Source of the DNA: Lingula anatina
Lineage: Eukaryota; Animalia; Brachiopoda
NCBI GenBank assembly: GCA_051362555.1
Contig: CM120645.1
Span: forward strand, 19,964,001-20,028,000
Direction: 5' to 3'
DNA: 64,000 bases
The notes under the pieces: generated by a model
Database searches by the model: none
Seen by the model: only the letters and a program-made list of their open reading frames with translations
Told to the model about the DNA's origin: nothing
Program-made: the position numbers and the translations under genes
In this document: positions 39,801 through 53,179 of the stretch, piece after piece
How the letters are laid out: every line of letters starts with the position of its first letter
How positions within the stretch are numbered: the first letter of the stretch is position 1

Positions 39801-41158
39801 AAAATTACACGGTTGACAAAAATTATGTTACAGTGATTTTAACAAATATGTACCCGGAACATATTGAGCATCATTGCAGAACGCGCAAACTGTCCTGCAA
39901 AATGTGGATCCGCATATCCGACCCGTTAAATCCTGCATTTTAGATTTACTGATATTCTGAGTTAAAAGTCATTGAAACATTACCTGGTCCCATCTGATAG
40001 CGTTTCTCCTCCACCTCCTCCCCAGCATAGGCCAACATAAGGCGGATGGGCTGAGCTAGCTGAAGATACGAACAAGATAAATAATCAATTTAGTAATTGA
40101 TTGACTTATTATTTGAAATTTTAATTGATAAAAATCATTTTAACAGACAAATAAAAATAAGTGGATATATGAAAAGATATATATAACTGATAAATGGGTC
40201 AATGAGCACGATTGTGCACAATTAGAAAGCATGAATGAAAGATGGCAATAAATTACACTCTACACGAAATAAGATGGGCCCTGATCTATATTTTAAACCA
40301 AATAGATATCAAATCAGTTTATGAATAAATAGATATACTGATATTATGAATCATTTTATATTTTATCTTAAAAAATAATCATGTCTCTCCGTCTGTTTGC
40401 ATATATCACACTGTGTCTGGGTGTTTGAAGTAATTTCTGCAAGTCATGCTACTAGCACTACATGTACGACAATACCGGTCTGCCTATGCTTACATAATAC
40501 GATGGCATTATTTTGCTAAGCAGTGAATGAAGGTGATCGAACCAAGCAGTTGTTCTTGGTCAAACTGACCGCTTTAACAATGCAATCGGCACGATCGCCG
40601 GCCAATCAAATACAGTGTAGACTGTAACTTCATCCGTGCAGGTTATTTATACTATCTCGCCGCCTACATTTCTCCCATGTATATGGTGAGACCCCGTAGA
40701 CCCAGTTAACATGGTATATGTGTTCAATATACATACATGTTTATGTAGGTCTTGCATGTATATGTAGTGCTTTCTTCTAAAGAGTAAATGTAATTAGGTT
40801 AAATATACTCTTACAACCCACACGATGGTGCATGACTTCATTTGTCCACGCCCCGGGATCACTGTCTGCGGCAATAAATATATGATATCATAAGAATGCA
40901 ACCGCAATGCGTGTCACATCATAAACACGCAGTGCACGCAAGCAGGGCTCAAGTAATTCATTTCCAGTCCTCGTTCTACAGAATTCAACTTTAAGAATGC
41001 TGGGTGGATGAGACCCCCCCCCCCCCCCCCCATCTGTGTACCTTTGCCTTGTCGATGATCGCAAAACCACTAAAAGTTTTCTACATGGACACAAACCAAG
41101 GACGGTCTATGAACAAACCTACCCCTCGTATGTTCCAATACCCGAGTACAGCTGGCAT
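36872..41158 (-). CDS. GSTM: Glutathione S-transferase, mu class, copy A (222 aa)
   Basis: Exons 41158-41123, 40059-39984, 39798-39734, 39134-39053, 38793-38678, 38304-38209, 37407-37297, 36958-36872. [21 protein letters not shown], mu loop [27 protein letters not shown]. Confidence 0.95.
39356..39636. mobile_element. Inverted-repeat element with GGTTAG motif in GST-A intron 3
   Basis: CCGGTGTAACAGGAATGGAAGTC / GACTTCCATTCCTGTTACACCGG with internal GGTTAGGGTTAG; second copy at 61988..62158. Confidence 0.8.
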
Positions 41159-41844
41159 GGTGAAGAAAATCTTTCGGTTAACCGTCTCAGCGTGGCAGCT
41201 CGCTCCTTGTTGATCTATGCTGACTGTGCCAGAGGCCCCGTTTTGCTGAGTGAGCTATCACTGGAATGCGTCCTCCTTTATGCCCTATGACGTGCCGCAT
41301 GTCAATAAAGGCGGCCCTCTACTTGATAATTTTCTTGCACAACTTAAATGCTCTTACTCTTAGAAAGTAACTTACTAATGGAAAACCATTAATTCTTCAC
41401 GATAGATCTACCGAGAGCGATTTTCTCTCAATGTCAGAGTATACCGAATAGATTCTTCTTTTGTGTATTATTTATGCCTGAATTTCTTTCTATTGACTTT
41501 GTCTGGTTTTTAAAATCATATCAATCGAGTGCAGCTCTTTGGATATATATAGTGCTAATCTCCTTATCACCCAGAGATTGACAGATTCTATTTCCAGTGT
41601 GTAGAAGTTAATGATGACTTAATTAACATGAACAATTAACTGCGGGGATTTTAGGCGCTCTTTTTGGAGAGTTCCGTCAAACTCAAGCGTAGTCGACCAT
41701 TGATCTATAGCAATTTGAAGGATTGAAATAGGATGCATATCCGTTCAAATAAATTGTAAACATGCACTTTTATTGCCATTGAGCTCTGTGCGTCTTAACA
41801 ACTGATAGAAAAATTCAACATTTAATATTTGAATGATAATTATG

Positions 41845-42121
41845 CAAGGGCGGATCACGGATTATTTGAAAGGGGGGGTGGGTCTTCGGATAGGGAGTCG
41901 ACCCTCACCCCCCCCCCCCCTCGACGTGGGGTTCGGAGCCTGAAACTTTGTTTGTATTTTAGAAGGCGAACGTTGGTACTTTCTACGGTTTAAAACTATG
42001 ATTCAGCTAGTCAAAATTCTAATTTTAAGAAGGGACCATTGGTGTGGCTTTTTCTCAGTATTATAAAGGGGGGGGGGGGGGGGGGCAGGACCCCCCTGAA
42101 CTCCCCCTTATTCCGCCACTG
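41845..42121. mobile_element. CAAGGGCGGATC...TTCCGCCACTG MITE
   Basis: Inverted homolog of the 1045 and 22361 copies (ACTATGATTCAGCTAGTCAAAATTCTAA). Confidence 0.75.
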
Positions 42122-42387
42122 CTTGTGTACAATTGTATTTAAAGTAATAAGGCTTCCAGTATGAAAATGAACAAACTACATGTACAAGTAAACTGACCAC
42201 ATTAATTTTGTTAATATATTTTTAGCGAGCATACTGGGGAAAAGGTCAGCTGGGTCCTTTGCGTGCTGATAAGCTGGTATCTCCATTTCAAGCAATATGG
42301 TCAAGTTTCATGTTTCTATCTCCAAAACAAAGCAAAACTGTATATAATACCACCAAGCGTCACGAAAGGAAGACTGTCACGCGGTCT

Positions 42388-44764
42388 CTATGCATTCCAG
42401 TCGGCATACGGAGTCCACACTGGGGTCTTCAAAAACTGCGCGGATGCCATGTACTTTTTAATGGCTGGAAGAGCCTAAAATAATGTCAAAGCTTAAATTC
42501 TTTTTTTAGTTCAATTATAACGGTGTGAAATCTGGGAGAGAAAAAAAAACTTAAAATCAGTAGTAGCTAGGAAAGCACCCAGAGAGCGCAGACCGACCCC
42601 AAGGACCCTGCACTGATAAACTGCTGTAGTTGACAAACAACGAAACAAACAAACAGACTGACAGGCAAACGAAGATGAAAACAAATCCTCCTCTACGTTG
42701 GTAATAACTAGAGAATATTTCAAGAGAGCAGATATCCACCAGACAAAAAAAGGTAATTACTGACTATCTCTTTTAAGATAACGAATTCACAAACAAATTC
42801 ACACTTCGTCGGTATGAATAATAAAATACATCTGAAAAACAAACGATGTACAGGAGATGCTGTGAAGATATTGGAAACGGAAGTCTACATCACACGATAT
42901 GTACAAGGACATTAAATAAATTTATTTACCTCAAAATTCTTGCAGTAGGCAATGAGGTTGGGGAACTTGACCAGACATCCGGGAGAAAACATTTTGAACC
43001 AGTCCAACATCTCGTACACGTTGAAGTCTGCATATGTGATCTGTAAGAAAAAGAAGGATTGCTGAATAAAAGGGTCGTGGTATAGGGTTATGGCCAATCG
43101 TAGGGAAGGGTGGAATAAATACAGAATTTCACAGAAGTAAAGAAAAAGCTTTCCATAGTTGGAACTCTAATTTGGTAATTTCCCCGCGAAAACAGCAAAA
43201 CACATAAACCCTTGCTATCGAAAGTCAACCAGTAACAAAAAGCACTCTTCGGTTAACTGACATAACTGATGAAATAATACAACATACTACTTTATATATA
43301 CACACATTGTTGCCACCAACCCATGGGTTGTCTCCTAGAAAGTCAGAATAGGACTTCAAAGTGTCTGGCAGGCTCTTCAAAAATTCCTCTTTCTTCGTTT
43401 TCTAAAGTAACAAGATAACATAAATAAGATACTGTAAGTTTTATTTCAAGTTTTTTCTAACTCTGAAAAGAACTGCAGCATGTTCTTGGGTGCTCAGAAA
43501 CTGGTCGCAAATAAAATATTTTTATGTTAATCGTTCTTTTATTTTACTCACTCTATTAATCGCTGGACGAAAGAAGACATTGTTCAGCAATATGTGCATA
43601 AAGATCAGAAAATTAATATTTAAACTCTGGATGACTTAATTCATTGTCGAACTCAATGCATAGCGTGATACGCTGCTCTTCTAGCACAAACTTACATAGT
43701 CAATTTTGTAAACATATGTCGCTAGACAAACTTGGGTAAAACTCTTGAATGTGTCATAGAATTGTGAGGCTATCACATCCGCTCTAATCCTTTCTGCCTC
43801 AGTGCTGCCACCTATCAGAGAAAAATACGAATCAATAACCTTCGTGGCATAATCTCATTCGTAAAAAAAAAAAAAAAAAAAAAAATAATAATAATAATAA
43901 TAAAATAAAATAAGTGACAACCTGGCACCTTATGCACCGTTACTTTCTTTTATAATTTTAATTGGACAGGGAATGCCAAGTTGATCAAGCGGGAAATTTT
44001 GAAAATTTGAAATTTAAAGCAAAAAGTCCTATGCAGGTCAAACGCTTTTTATAAGAAATAAATATGCATAAATGCGGTTTAAAAAAAAAAAAAAAAAAAA
44101 AAACTGGCGAGAGAGAGAGAGAGAGAGAGTGTCTTACATAAGTTGTGTTTCCTGGCCAGATGCATCATAATGGCACGACTTTGTACGATGATGGTGTCGC
44201 CATCTTTATAGTACGGGATCTAAAAAAAGAAAAAAAAAAAAAAAACAAATGTCATCGAAGATTGATGATAATGACTGAAATATGTCATTATCATTATCAT
44301 TTTTAATTTGCTGTATTTTTTCGCAATATAGTAAGATCATTTACTATACTTCTGATAAGGACAATCACCTTGTTTAATGCAGAAGACACGAGTTGTATAT
44401 TTACGAACTCTGTAATTATTTCAGCATTAACGTGTTATTAAGTCTATTCTCTTGCTCTAGGAAAGTAGATCGTCTTAATTTCGAAGCTTGACGGTACTAC
44501 AGTGATGTGAAGAGGATTTTATGGTACACCAGGGCCCTAGCCTGAGCAAAATGCTAGGGGGGGCAGTAAGCGGACACGAGGGGGCGAAGCCCCCGAGGGG
44601 GGGAGGGTGTGGGAGGTTCCCCTCCCACGGTGTGGAAAAATTTTTAAAACTATGTATAATACTGCATTCTGGTGCATTTTAACTGTTATTTATTGCTCAA
44701 TTAGAAGTCAGAAATTGCGATTATTTTTTTTGCACCTCAAATCCCAGGGGGGGCAGCTGCCCCC

Positions 44765-44807
<43 letters not shown>

Positions 44808-46069
44808 AGGCTACGGCCCTGTACACTGAATATATACATACATTTGGAAATGGAACTCCCAAGTTGGCCTTGTCTGTCAGCCAATCATCTTTGTTGAACA
44901 CGGGGGCTACATTTGGGGGATAACAACACAATATACACATGTATATTACAGGTGAAGAATATATATATGACAAAACGGGACGCAAAAGGCAAAACGCGTT
45001 CATCTTTTCTACATGTAGCAACTGCACGTGGGTCTGCATTTTCAAACCTCGAATATTTACGTATTAAAATATTCTAAGTAGATATGAAGTATTATAGATT
45101 TGGTAAGAGCATACAGAGACTGCAAAAACCGTATAAATCCCACGCTTATACTGTGGCCGTTTTTCTGTTTTCTCAAAAGATTTCTTCACCTATTTTCTTC
45201 CTCTCTCGCCACCCAAACTTCCTTTCCAAGACACGTTTCTGTTCCACCCTTTAACCCATATCCCAATTAATCTCTTTTCTGTCGCCTTTTATGCTTCTCG
45301 TTATACCTTTTAAACTGGCCTCTGAATAAGAAGCATTACTAATAATCTTGTTCAAAAGTTTATTACCTGGTCCCACCTGATAGCGTCTCTCCTCCACCTC
45401 TTCCCCAGCATAGGCCAACATAAGGCGGATGGGCTGAGCTAGCTGAAGACGTGAAAAGTGTAAAAGATTTAAACTGAATATAAACCACTGTAATTGACTG
45501 ATTGATAAAAATTAATTTACAAATTAATTATAAATAAATAGTCAATTAAACCAATAGATTAATATATAATGTGCAGATACATTGAAAAGTAGAAATAAAA
45601 CACACACACATACAGTGTGTTTAATTGCTAACTATAAATGTTTTATAAATTTTGTTGTAAAGTCTGCTGAACATTTTACGTATTTAGACTTTAAATAAAC
45701 GCTTTATTATTATATTATATCTTGTGACAAATCTTAAGCTAGTAATGCACGCATGCACTTCCCCTAAAGTGGGATAAAATCCAATTTTCATCTGCGAAAT
45801 TCATCCCTATGTTAGATGGATGAGACCCCACCTTTAAAACCTTCACTAATGTCTACCCCCCCCCCCCCCACACACACACACACCTCCCTGAAAATTAAAT
45901 TAATTTCGATTGAGTGAAAGATCATTGCACCTTTACCACGTCGATGTCAAATATCGAGCTGCTCACGGAATTTTTTTTATTAAAAAGTTTTCTACATGCA
46001 CAAAATCCGAGGACGGTCTGTAGACACACCTACCCCTCTTATGTTCCAATATCCTAGTAGAGCTGGCAT
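42388..46069 (-). CDS. GSTM: Glutathione S-transferase, mu class, copy B (222 aa)
   Basis: Exons 46069-46034, 45442-45367, 44906-44842, 44219-44138, 43811-43696, 43401-43306, 43040-42930, 42474-42388; same exon lengths as copy A, all GT-AG. Confidence 0.95.
44530..44821. mobile_element. CAGGGCC...GGCCCTG MITE with TACAC duplication in GST-B intron 3
   Basis: TIRs CAGGGCCCTAGCC / GGCTACGGCCCTG; about 20 bp from the exon 3 donor. Confidence 0.75.
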
Positions 46070-46529
46070 GATGGAGAAATCTGTCGGTGTACCGTCTCAG
46101 TGAGAATTGATCCTTGTAAAAGTGTGGGGTCTGTGCTCCCGTCTTCCGTCTCGCTGAGTGAGCGGCCACTGGAAAGTGTACGCTCATTTTAACCCATTGA
46201 CGTGCCACATGCCAATAACTTACCAGTATGATAAAAGTTATGATAAACTGTGATTAACGATGCATTAGAGCAATTGTCTCGCACTAAATTGTTTTTGATT
46301 TCCTATCTTATATGCATGAATTTCTTTCTGTAGATTTTCTCTGAATTTTAAAACCATTTCGATTGAGTGTGCAACTCTTTGGAAAAACATAGCGTTGGTC
46401 TGGTCTCGTGCTATTCGAAGTTATCTGGATCATTCCTCTGCAGCAACCGTTATATACATGATTACCTCTCGTTTGTAAACATCAATGCAGGTCTCTGCTC
46501 TATGGCTGCACCCAAGCGTGCGCCTAAAA

Positions 46530-46722
46530 TGGTCTGAATCAGCTATTTCAGATCACAAACGATCTTACATGGTCCTTATCAATGAGTAAGACTGTAACCG
46601 TACTGACTTCTAATCAAATAATTTTTTATCTTAAAAGCGGAGTCAGTCCATTTTGATGTAATTTGTATAATAATTGAGACCAGACCAGATAATTTGTGAT
46701 CTGAAATTGCTAATTCAGACCA
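46530..46722. mobile_element. Small inverted-repeat element
   Basis: TGGTCTGAATCAGCTATTTCAGATCACAAA / TTTGTGATCTGAAATTGCTAATTCAGACCA. Confidence 0.6.
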
Positions 46723-46759
46723 AATATCGATTTTGATGTTTATTTAGACCATTTTTCTG

Positions 46760-47340
46760 TCAATTAATGTTTTAAACTTTTAATTGTCCTGAGGTAACTT
46801 CAACAAAAACGATTCATGCTTGGATCACTTCAATTTTTTCTATTTATCTTCCTTTTTGCAACATAAGAATTAAACATATATAAGATAAGAGCTTATTTAG
46901 CCAATTATAAAAATCGGAAATCAAGTTTGATGATATACAGAGTAAAAGTTATACAACAGATAAATTAAGAAATTGGTTTTGAGATCAAATTAAAAGACTC
47001 TCGTCATTATCAGTAACTAGCCCCACAAGCGTAGTATCAACCGCAAATTTCATAAGAAAAGTCCCGTGGCTTATACTAGTCCAATCAAGGGAGTAAAGGC
47101 AGGGTGAAAGGACTCATCCCTGTGGTGCACCAGTATTTAAAACTGTTGTTTTTGAGATAAAAGAGTCGACTTTAACTGATTGTCTTCTATCTAAGAGAAA
47201 GTCTAAAATCCAGTCACATATAAAAACAGGTAGCTTAAGATGGCTTAAAAGTTTCAAATATAGTTTTTATGGCACAAATTGTGTTAAAAGCTGAACTGAA
47301 GTCAATAAATAAAATCCTTGCATACGAGTTTTTGTTATCT
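46760..47340 (-). mobile_element. Decayed Rex1/Babar-like LINE RT fragment
   Basis: Minus-strand peptides [31 protein letters not shown] and MKFAVDTTLVGLVTDNDES, with stops and frameshifts. Confidence 0.8.
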
Positions 47341-47379
47341 AAGTGTTGTAGTACAGTGTGTAGGCACAGATTAATCGCA

Positions 47380-48262
47380 TCTTCAACATTCCTGTTAGAT
47401 TGATAAGCGAATTACATGTATTTGACTGAACTAGCAAAGATATTTTCACTTTATGCATAGCTATTTGTCGTCCTCTAAAATCACCCAAAACAATGAATAA
47501 ATAAATAAACAAACAAACAAACAAATAAATAAATATATAAATAAATAAATAAAAGAAACAAAAAGAGCATGTCCTCAGAGGTAATGAAAGCGTTATTCAG
47601 AATGTGTTTCTGTTTTAAAAATGCAATCACGCTTCTTCATTGCCACTGGTTTTTGTGCACCTTTCGCAACAATTACTACATCAACTACAAAAAGTAAAAT
47701 AAAATAAATAGTAATAATAATACAGCAAAAAGAGAAGAATACGCTAGAAAAAAAACTTTGAATGACTAAAAAAGTTGTACCAAATACTGAGATGAATTCT
47801 CAGTTTTAATGCTACTTATTCCTCTTCAACATTCCTGTTAGATTGATAAGCGAATTACATGTATTTGACTGAACTAGCAAAGATATTTTCACTTTATGCA
47901 TAGCTATTTGTCGTCCTCTAAAATCACCCAAAACAATGAATAAATAAATAAACAAACAAACAAACAAATAAATAAATATATAAATAAATAAATAAAAGAA
48001 ACAAAAAGAGCATGTCCTCAGAGGTAATGAAAGCGTTATTCAGAATGTGTTTCTGTTTTAAAAATGCAATCACGCTTCTTCATTGCCACTGGTTTTTGTG
48101 CACCTTTCGCAACAATTACTACATCAACTACAAAAAGTAAAATAAAATAAATAGTAATAATAATACAGCAAAAAGAGAAGAATACGCTAGAAAAAAAACT
48201 TTGAATGACTAAAAAAGTTGTACCAAATACTGAGATGAATTCTCAGTTTTAATGCTACTTAT
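47380..48262. repeat. Apparently perfect 440-bp tandem duplication (period 443)
   Basis: 47380-47819 = 47823-48262, including the microsatellite lengths; TCC lies between the copies. Confidence 0.9.
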
Positions 48263-48520
48263 GTATCTTATGTATCTACGTAATCCGATCAAGATTCAGG
48301 CTTCTGTTCTGAACTTGTGTTTTTAACTGGCAATATGAAGTTTCGTGACCACACTGCGAATGTCACCTGGGTCCCGTAGCACTGATTCCAAACCTGAATT
48401 TGCTGGTATCCGCATTTGTTGTAATCTGGTCAACGTTATTACTTCTTTCGTAAAAAATAAAGCATAATTAATCTAAATCCGACATGTGCCACGTGGTGTC
48501 GGAAGGCTGTCACGTGGTAT

Positions 48521-50085
48521 CTATGCAGTCCAGTCAGCAATCGGGGTAAACACTGGGGTCTTCAAGAACTGCGCGGATGCCATGTATTTTTTAATGGCTG
48601 GAAGAGCCTAAAATAATTCCAAATGACGTCTGTTTCAATAAATTAAGTCTGTGTGGAATCAGACAAAGCGTGAAAAAACTTTTAAAACAATATGACCAGG
48701 GTTGTTCACATATCATAAAGAACTCTTTTGTAAAATCTTATTCATTAAAAATCTCATGCTTATGAAAAGATAACCTCCTTTGACGGTGGAAATAAAAAAA
48801 TACGTATACTGTATACTGTAAAAATAAAGGTCGATGTGTAAAAAAAAAAAACGCGTGCTTTCACCTCAAAATTATTGCAGAAGGCGACAAGATTGGGGAA
48901 CCCGTCCAGACATCCGGGTGAAAATATTCTGAACCAGTCCAACAACTCGTACATGTTAAAGTCTGCATATGTGATCTGTAACAAAAAAGGGCAACAGAAA
49001 AAAGTGGGTGAAATGAAGTTGTGGATAATTTTAGGTGGAGTAGGTCTTGGAATAGACACAGAATTTCACAAAAGAACAAGCCAAGCTTTAAGTGGAATAG
49101 GTTTTCATAGTCGAAAACTTGATTTGCTTAGCTTTCCGTTTGTGTTACTGTAAAAACAGTGTATAAACAGCACTCTTGCTAATATATAAAATAAGCAAAT
49201 GTCATAGACTAGTTTGTACTTACATTGTTGCCACCAACCCATGAGTTGTCTCCTAGAAAGTCTGAATAAGACTTCAGCGTGTCTGGAAGGCCTTTCAAAA
49301 AAGTCTCCCTCAGAGTTTTCTATAGGTAAAAAGTAATGAAATAAAGAAATAAAGTGAAAACGAAAATAAAAATAGAATAAAAAATTAACTAATATTATAA
49401 AATGATATTAGACAACAAATATAAATTCAATTTTGAAAATTGTATCGTTATTAAATAATGGTGAAAATCAAAGAAAACTGCAGCTTGTCCTTTTTGTTTA
49501 GCAAACCGTCCGTTTTCATTATGCTCTGCCTATTCGCTGGACGAAAGAAGACATCGTTAAGAAATATGTTGCCCAGAACATATTTCAACTTAAGATGGCT
49601 CAACTTCAACTCATTGTCTCACGCATAAACCCAATTCATAGTGGAATAACTGGCTATCAAATAAATCTACTTACGTAGTCAGTTTTGAAAACGTTTGTCG
49701 CCAGACAGACTCGGACAAAGCTCATCAACGTGTCAAAGAGTTGCGAAGCCATCATATCTGCTCTTATTCTTTCTGCCTCAGTGTTGCCACCTATTGAAGA
49801 AAAATAAATCCAATAACCTTTAAATCATATAATGAGCATCATTTATTTATGTAGCACAAATATAGGAATATTCCTAAAACTTTGGACATTTTCCTTCAAT
49901 CACCAAAGTGCTATATTAGTAGCTTACGCTCCATAACATTTTTTCATAATTTCATTTGGGTATGAAAGACATTAACTGAAAATCAGGAGAGAAATTCTGA
50001 AATTTAAACCAAAATCGTATATACAGAACAAACGCTCATTTTGTGCATGTAATATATTAATTTATAAGTGGTATATTAATAATTG

Positions 50086-50119
<34 letters not shown>

Positions 50120-53100
50120 TAGGAAGAGAGAGAGAACCTACATAAGTTGTGCTTTCTGGCCAGATGCATCATAATAGCACGACTCTGAATAATTGTAGTG
50201 CCGGCATCTTTGTAATACGGGAGCTAAAAAATATGGTCAACATGGTCAACAATATATATGTTGAAGATTGATAGCAATCCCTCAATTATGTCACTATCGG
50301 TTTGCTGGGGTTTTTTTTACAGTAAGATCTTTAACTGTACAGTGCTTCTCACTATAAGGACAACCACTTTATTTGCTGCAAGAAACAGACCTTGAAAACT
50401 TAAGAACTCTCCACTATTTGAGCATGAATGTGTTTATAAGTATTTCCTCTTCTTCTCTGTTAGTTGACCGTTCTTGATTTCGTGTCTTTACAATATTAAA
50501 ATGATGTGACAATGATAGGTAATGCAATACAAAATATATACACACATTTGGAAATGGCACTCCCAGCTTGGCCTTGTCAGTCAACCAATCATCTGTGTTG
50601 AATTCTGGGGCTAACATTAAGTGGAAAACAACGCAAAGGAGCTAAAAATATATCATTTGTCGCATGTACAGCGGATATGCGAAAACTATCCTTTCTAACA
50701 AAATACCTGATAGTCTACATACATATCCAACCCGCGGAATTCCACGTATCAAAATTTTGCATTTTGGGATTGAGACTGCAGCACAATATGTTTTTATCCC
50801 TTTCTTCTTTGGACGACCTTCACTTTTTATTTCTTCCCTTTAAATACTTGTTCGCCATTTTCTCTTTTGCCACCCAAATCTCCTTCACAAGACATGCTTC
50901 TATTCCAACCTTTTACCCGTATTCCAATTTACTTCTTTCTCCCGCCTTTCACGATTCTCCTTATACCAATTAAAATGGCCTTTGAATAAGGAGCATTACT
51001 AATAATCTTGTTCAAAGGTGGTAGATGTATTACCTGGTCCCATCTGATAGCGTTTTTCCTCCACCTCCTCCCCAGCATAGGCCAACATAAGGCGGATGGG
51101 CTGAGCTAGCTGAAGAAATGAAAAGTAAAAAAAAAAAAAAGATTAAAAATGAACATGAGCAATTTTAATGAAATCAATTGATTAATAAAAAACGTCTCTG
51201 ATTCATTGATTAATAAAAAGATCATTGAATTTCTACAATGTCGTGTCAAATCCCGAGCTGACCATTGACAAACTCTCTACGAAAAGTTTTGTACATGGCT
51301 TCTCGATAAATTGCAATCAGTCCTATTGAATCTCATCATTCTGTTTCTCGGTCGCTGTTCATAGGGCGAATTGTCAATGAATCAGTTTTAGTTATCGACA
51401 CGTCCCCTTGAGCTGGGGGGATTACATATCGTGTGCTGATTAAGCTGATTCCACAGAATGCATTTTAACCAGAATCCATCGTACAGTTGGGCCGACCCGC
51501 AAGTACGATGTGTGAATCTGAATGTGCCCTAAAAGACAGATTATAACAGCGCATCCGAGTTTCCACAGTCAACTGTCAACAGTCTGTGGCAGACTCCTGA
51601 ATGATGACCAGAGGCCAAGCAGAACTCCACAGAAAATCTGTTGAGAATGTAACAGTAGCAGGCCCCAGTAACACTCTGTTTCAGGGGGAACAATGTACTA
51701 ATAACAGGGGCTTGGAATGCTCTCCAAATGTGCGATATTTTCATGCACCAACCCTTCCAACAGGTATTCTGCAACATGTCTACTGACCCTCATATGGCCA
51801 TCGATGGGGTACAAGAAACATCTTGATTATTCAGCAAAACTAGATTTCTTCCAGTGATGGTCGACCAGGTTCGGGTACCACTGGGGTCAGTGAACGTAAT
51901 TTTCTCAGCTGATATCTCGCTAATTTGCAAGAGCTGACTTCGGGGTTAACACCAGGCTTCATCATGACAGCACACTTGCTCACAATTCTCGTCTAGCGAG
52001 TGATTTCTTGCAGGAACGCAATGTTCCGTAGATGGAACAACCATCTTTGAGCCCTAATATTAACACTAATGAGCACCTGTGGCATGAATTGGAGTGTGCA
52101 ATGCAAAGGAGAAACAACCCCATAATAATATGGATCAACTCCGCCAAGACCTTCAGGAAGAATGGACCAATATCCCACAAAAATAATTGGTACCCTTGTT
52201 GGATGGTAATCGCGCCACCTACAGGAGATAATTACAGTGCCAGGTAGACACACACGTAATTAGACACGTGACCTTTAACAAAAGCACACTAATGATTATT
52301 GTGTGTAAATTTGGTGTCACTTGGTGATGCCTTTTCAATTTTATGGACATTTCATTACCTCAATGGGAACCACAGTGAAACATTGGGTTTGAAAGGGTAC
52401 ATGTTTTAAATTTGAATTAATGGCATAAATGGATATCGAGAAAGCTCTCTTGTATTTTTCTGAACCATTAATCCTTCTGATATAATATCGGGAATTAAAA
52501 ACACTGTTTATAACAATTTACACCTTTGAGATGATTTTTTTGTAAATAAAAGCACATGGAATTGGGGGGTGGGAAAACCTTTTTGACCAATGTTGTGTAA
52601 GGACTGCGCAATGGCTACACCAAAAATCAGTTTTAAAGCATTGTGCTGGTGCTGGTGTTGTTTCACTGATTTTCGATTGCAAGGTATTCTTACTTCAAAC
52701 TTCAAACTCCGCGTCAACCACTTTGCTTCTTTGTCTCGTCTGCACGAGATGACGTCAGCGCAAGATGGGAATGGCAGCTCCAGGCGGGACAGATCTGTGA
52801 CGTACGACACATGTGACTTCCAAATATGGAAGCGCCCCAGGGAAAATTTTGCTGAACACACCCCCAAGTCTAACCCTGGTTTTTAAAGTCAGTATTGCTG
52901 ATATGGGTTACAAATGAAATCAAGATCGAGCTGGCAATACTGGAATCCTGAACCTAGGGTAGGTCCCACGTAATTTCAATTCCTATCTTTATCTGCAAAA
53001 TTCGCCTATAAGATATTGGTAGAAGAGATTTTGCCTCTGATAACTTAAGGGTCCCATATGTGAGATCATAACGCTTTATTCATGGAGATTGTCCATGAAT

Positions 53101-53179
53101 ATTTAAAATACACAAACCAAGGAGGTTCTTTAGACAAACCTACCCCTCTTACGTTCCAATATCCCAGAACAGCCGGCAT
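48521..53179 (-). CDS. GSTM: Glutathione S-transferase, mu class, copy C (222 aa)
   Basis: Exons 53179-53144, 51109-51034, 50610-50546, 50223-50142, 49790-49675, 49319-49224, 48975-48865, 48607-48521. Confidence 0.95.
51560..52270 (+). mobile_element. Decayed Tc1-like transposase remnant in GST-C intron 1
   Basis: SPNINTNEHLWHELE (cf. SPDLNPIEHLW) and HDSTLAH (cf. QDNARPH); no clear TIRs; boundaries approximate. Confidence 0.6.

Noticed and set aside
42310-42387. Stop-codon read-through giving GST-B a hydrophobic tail
   Set aside because: The extension is not conserved in length or sequence in copies A, C or D, and there is no leaky stop context.
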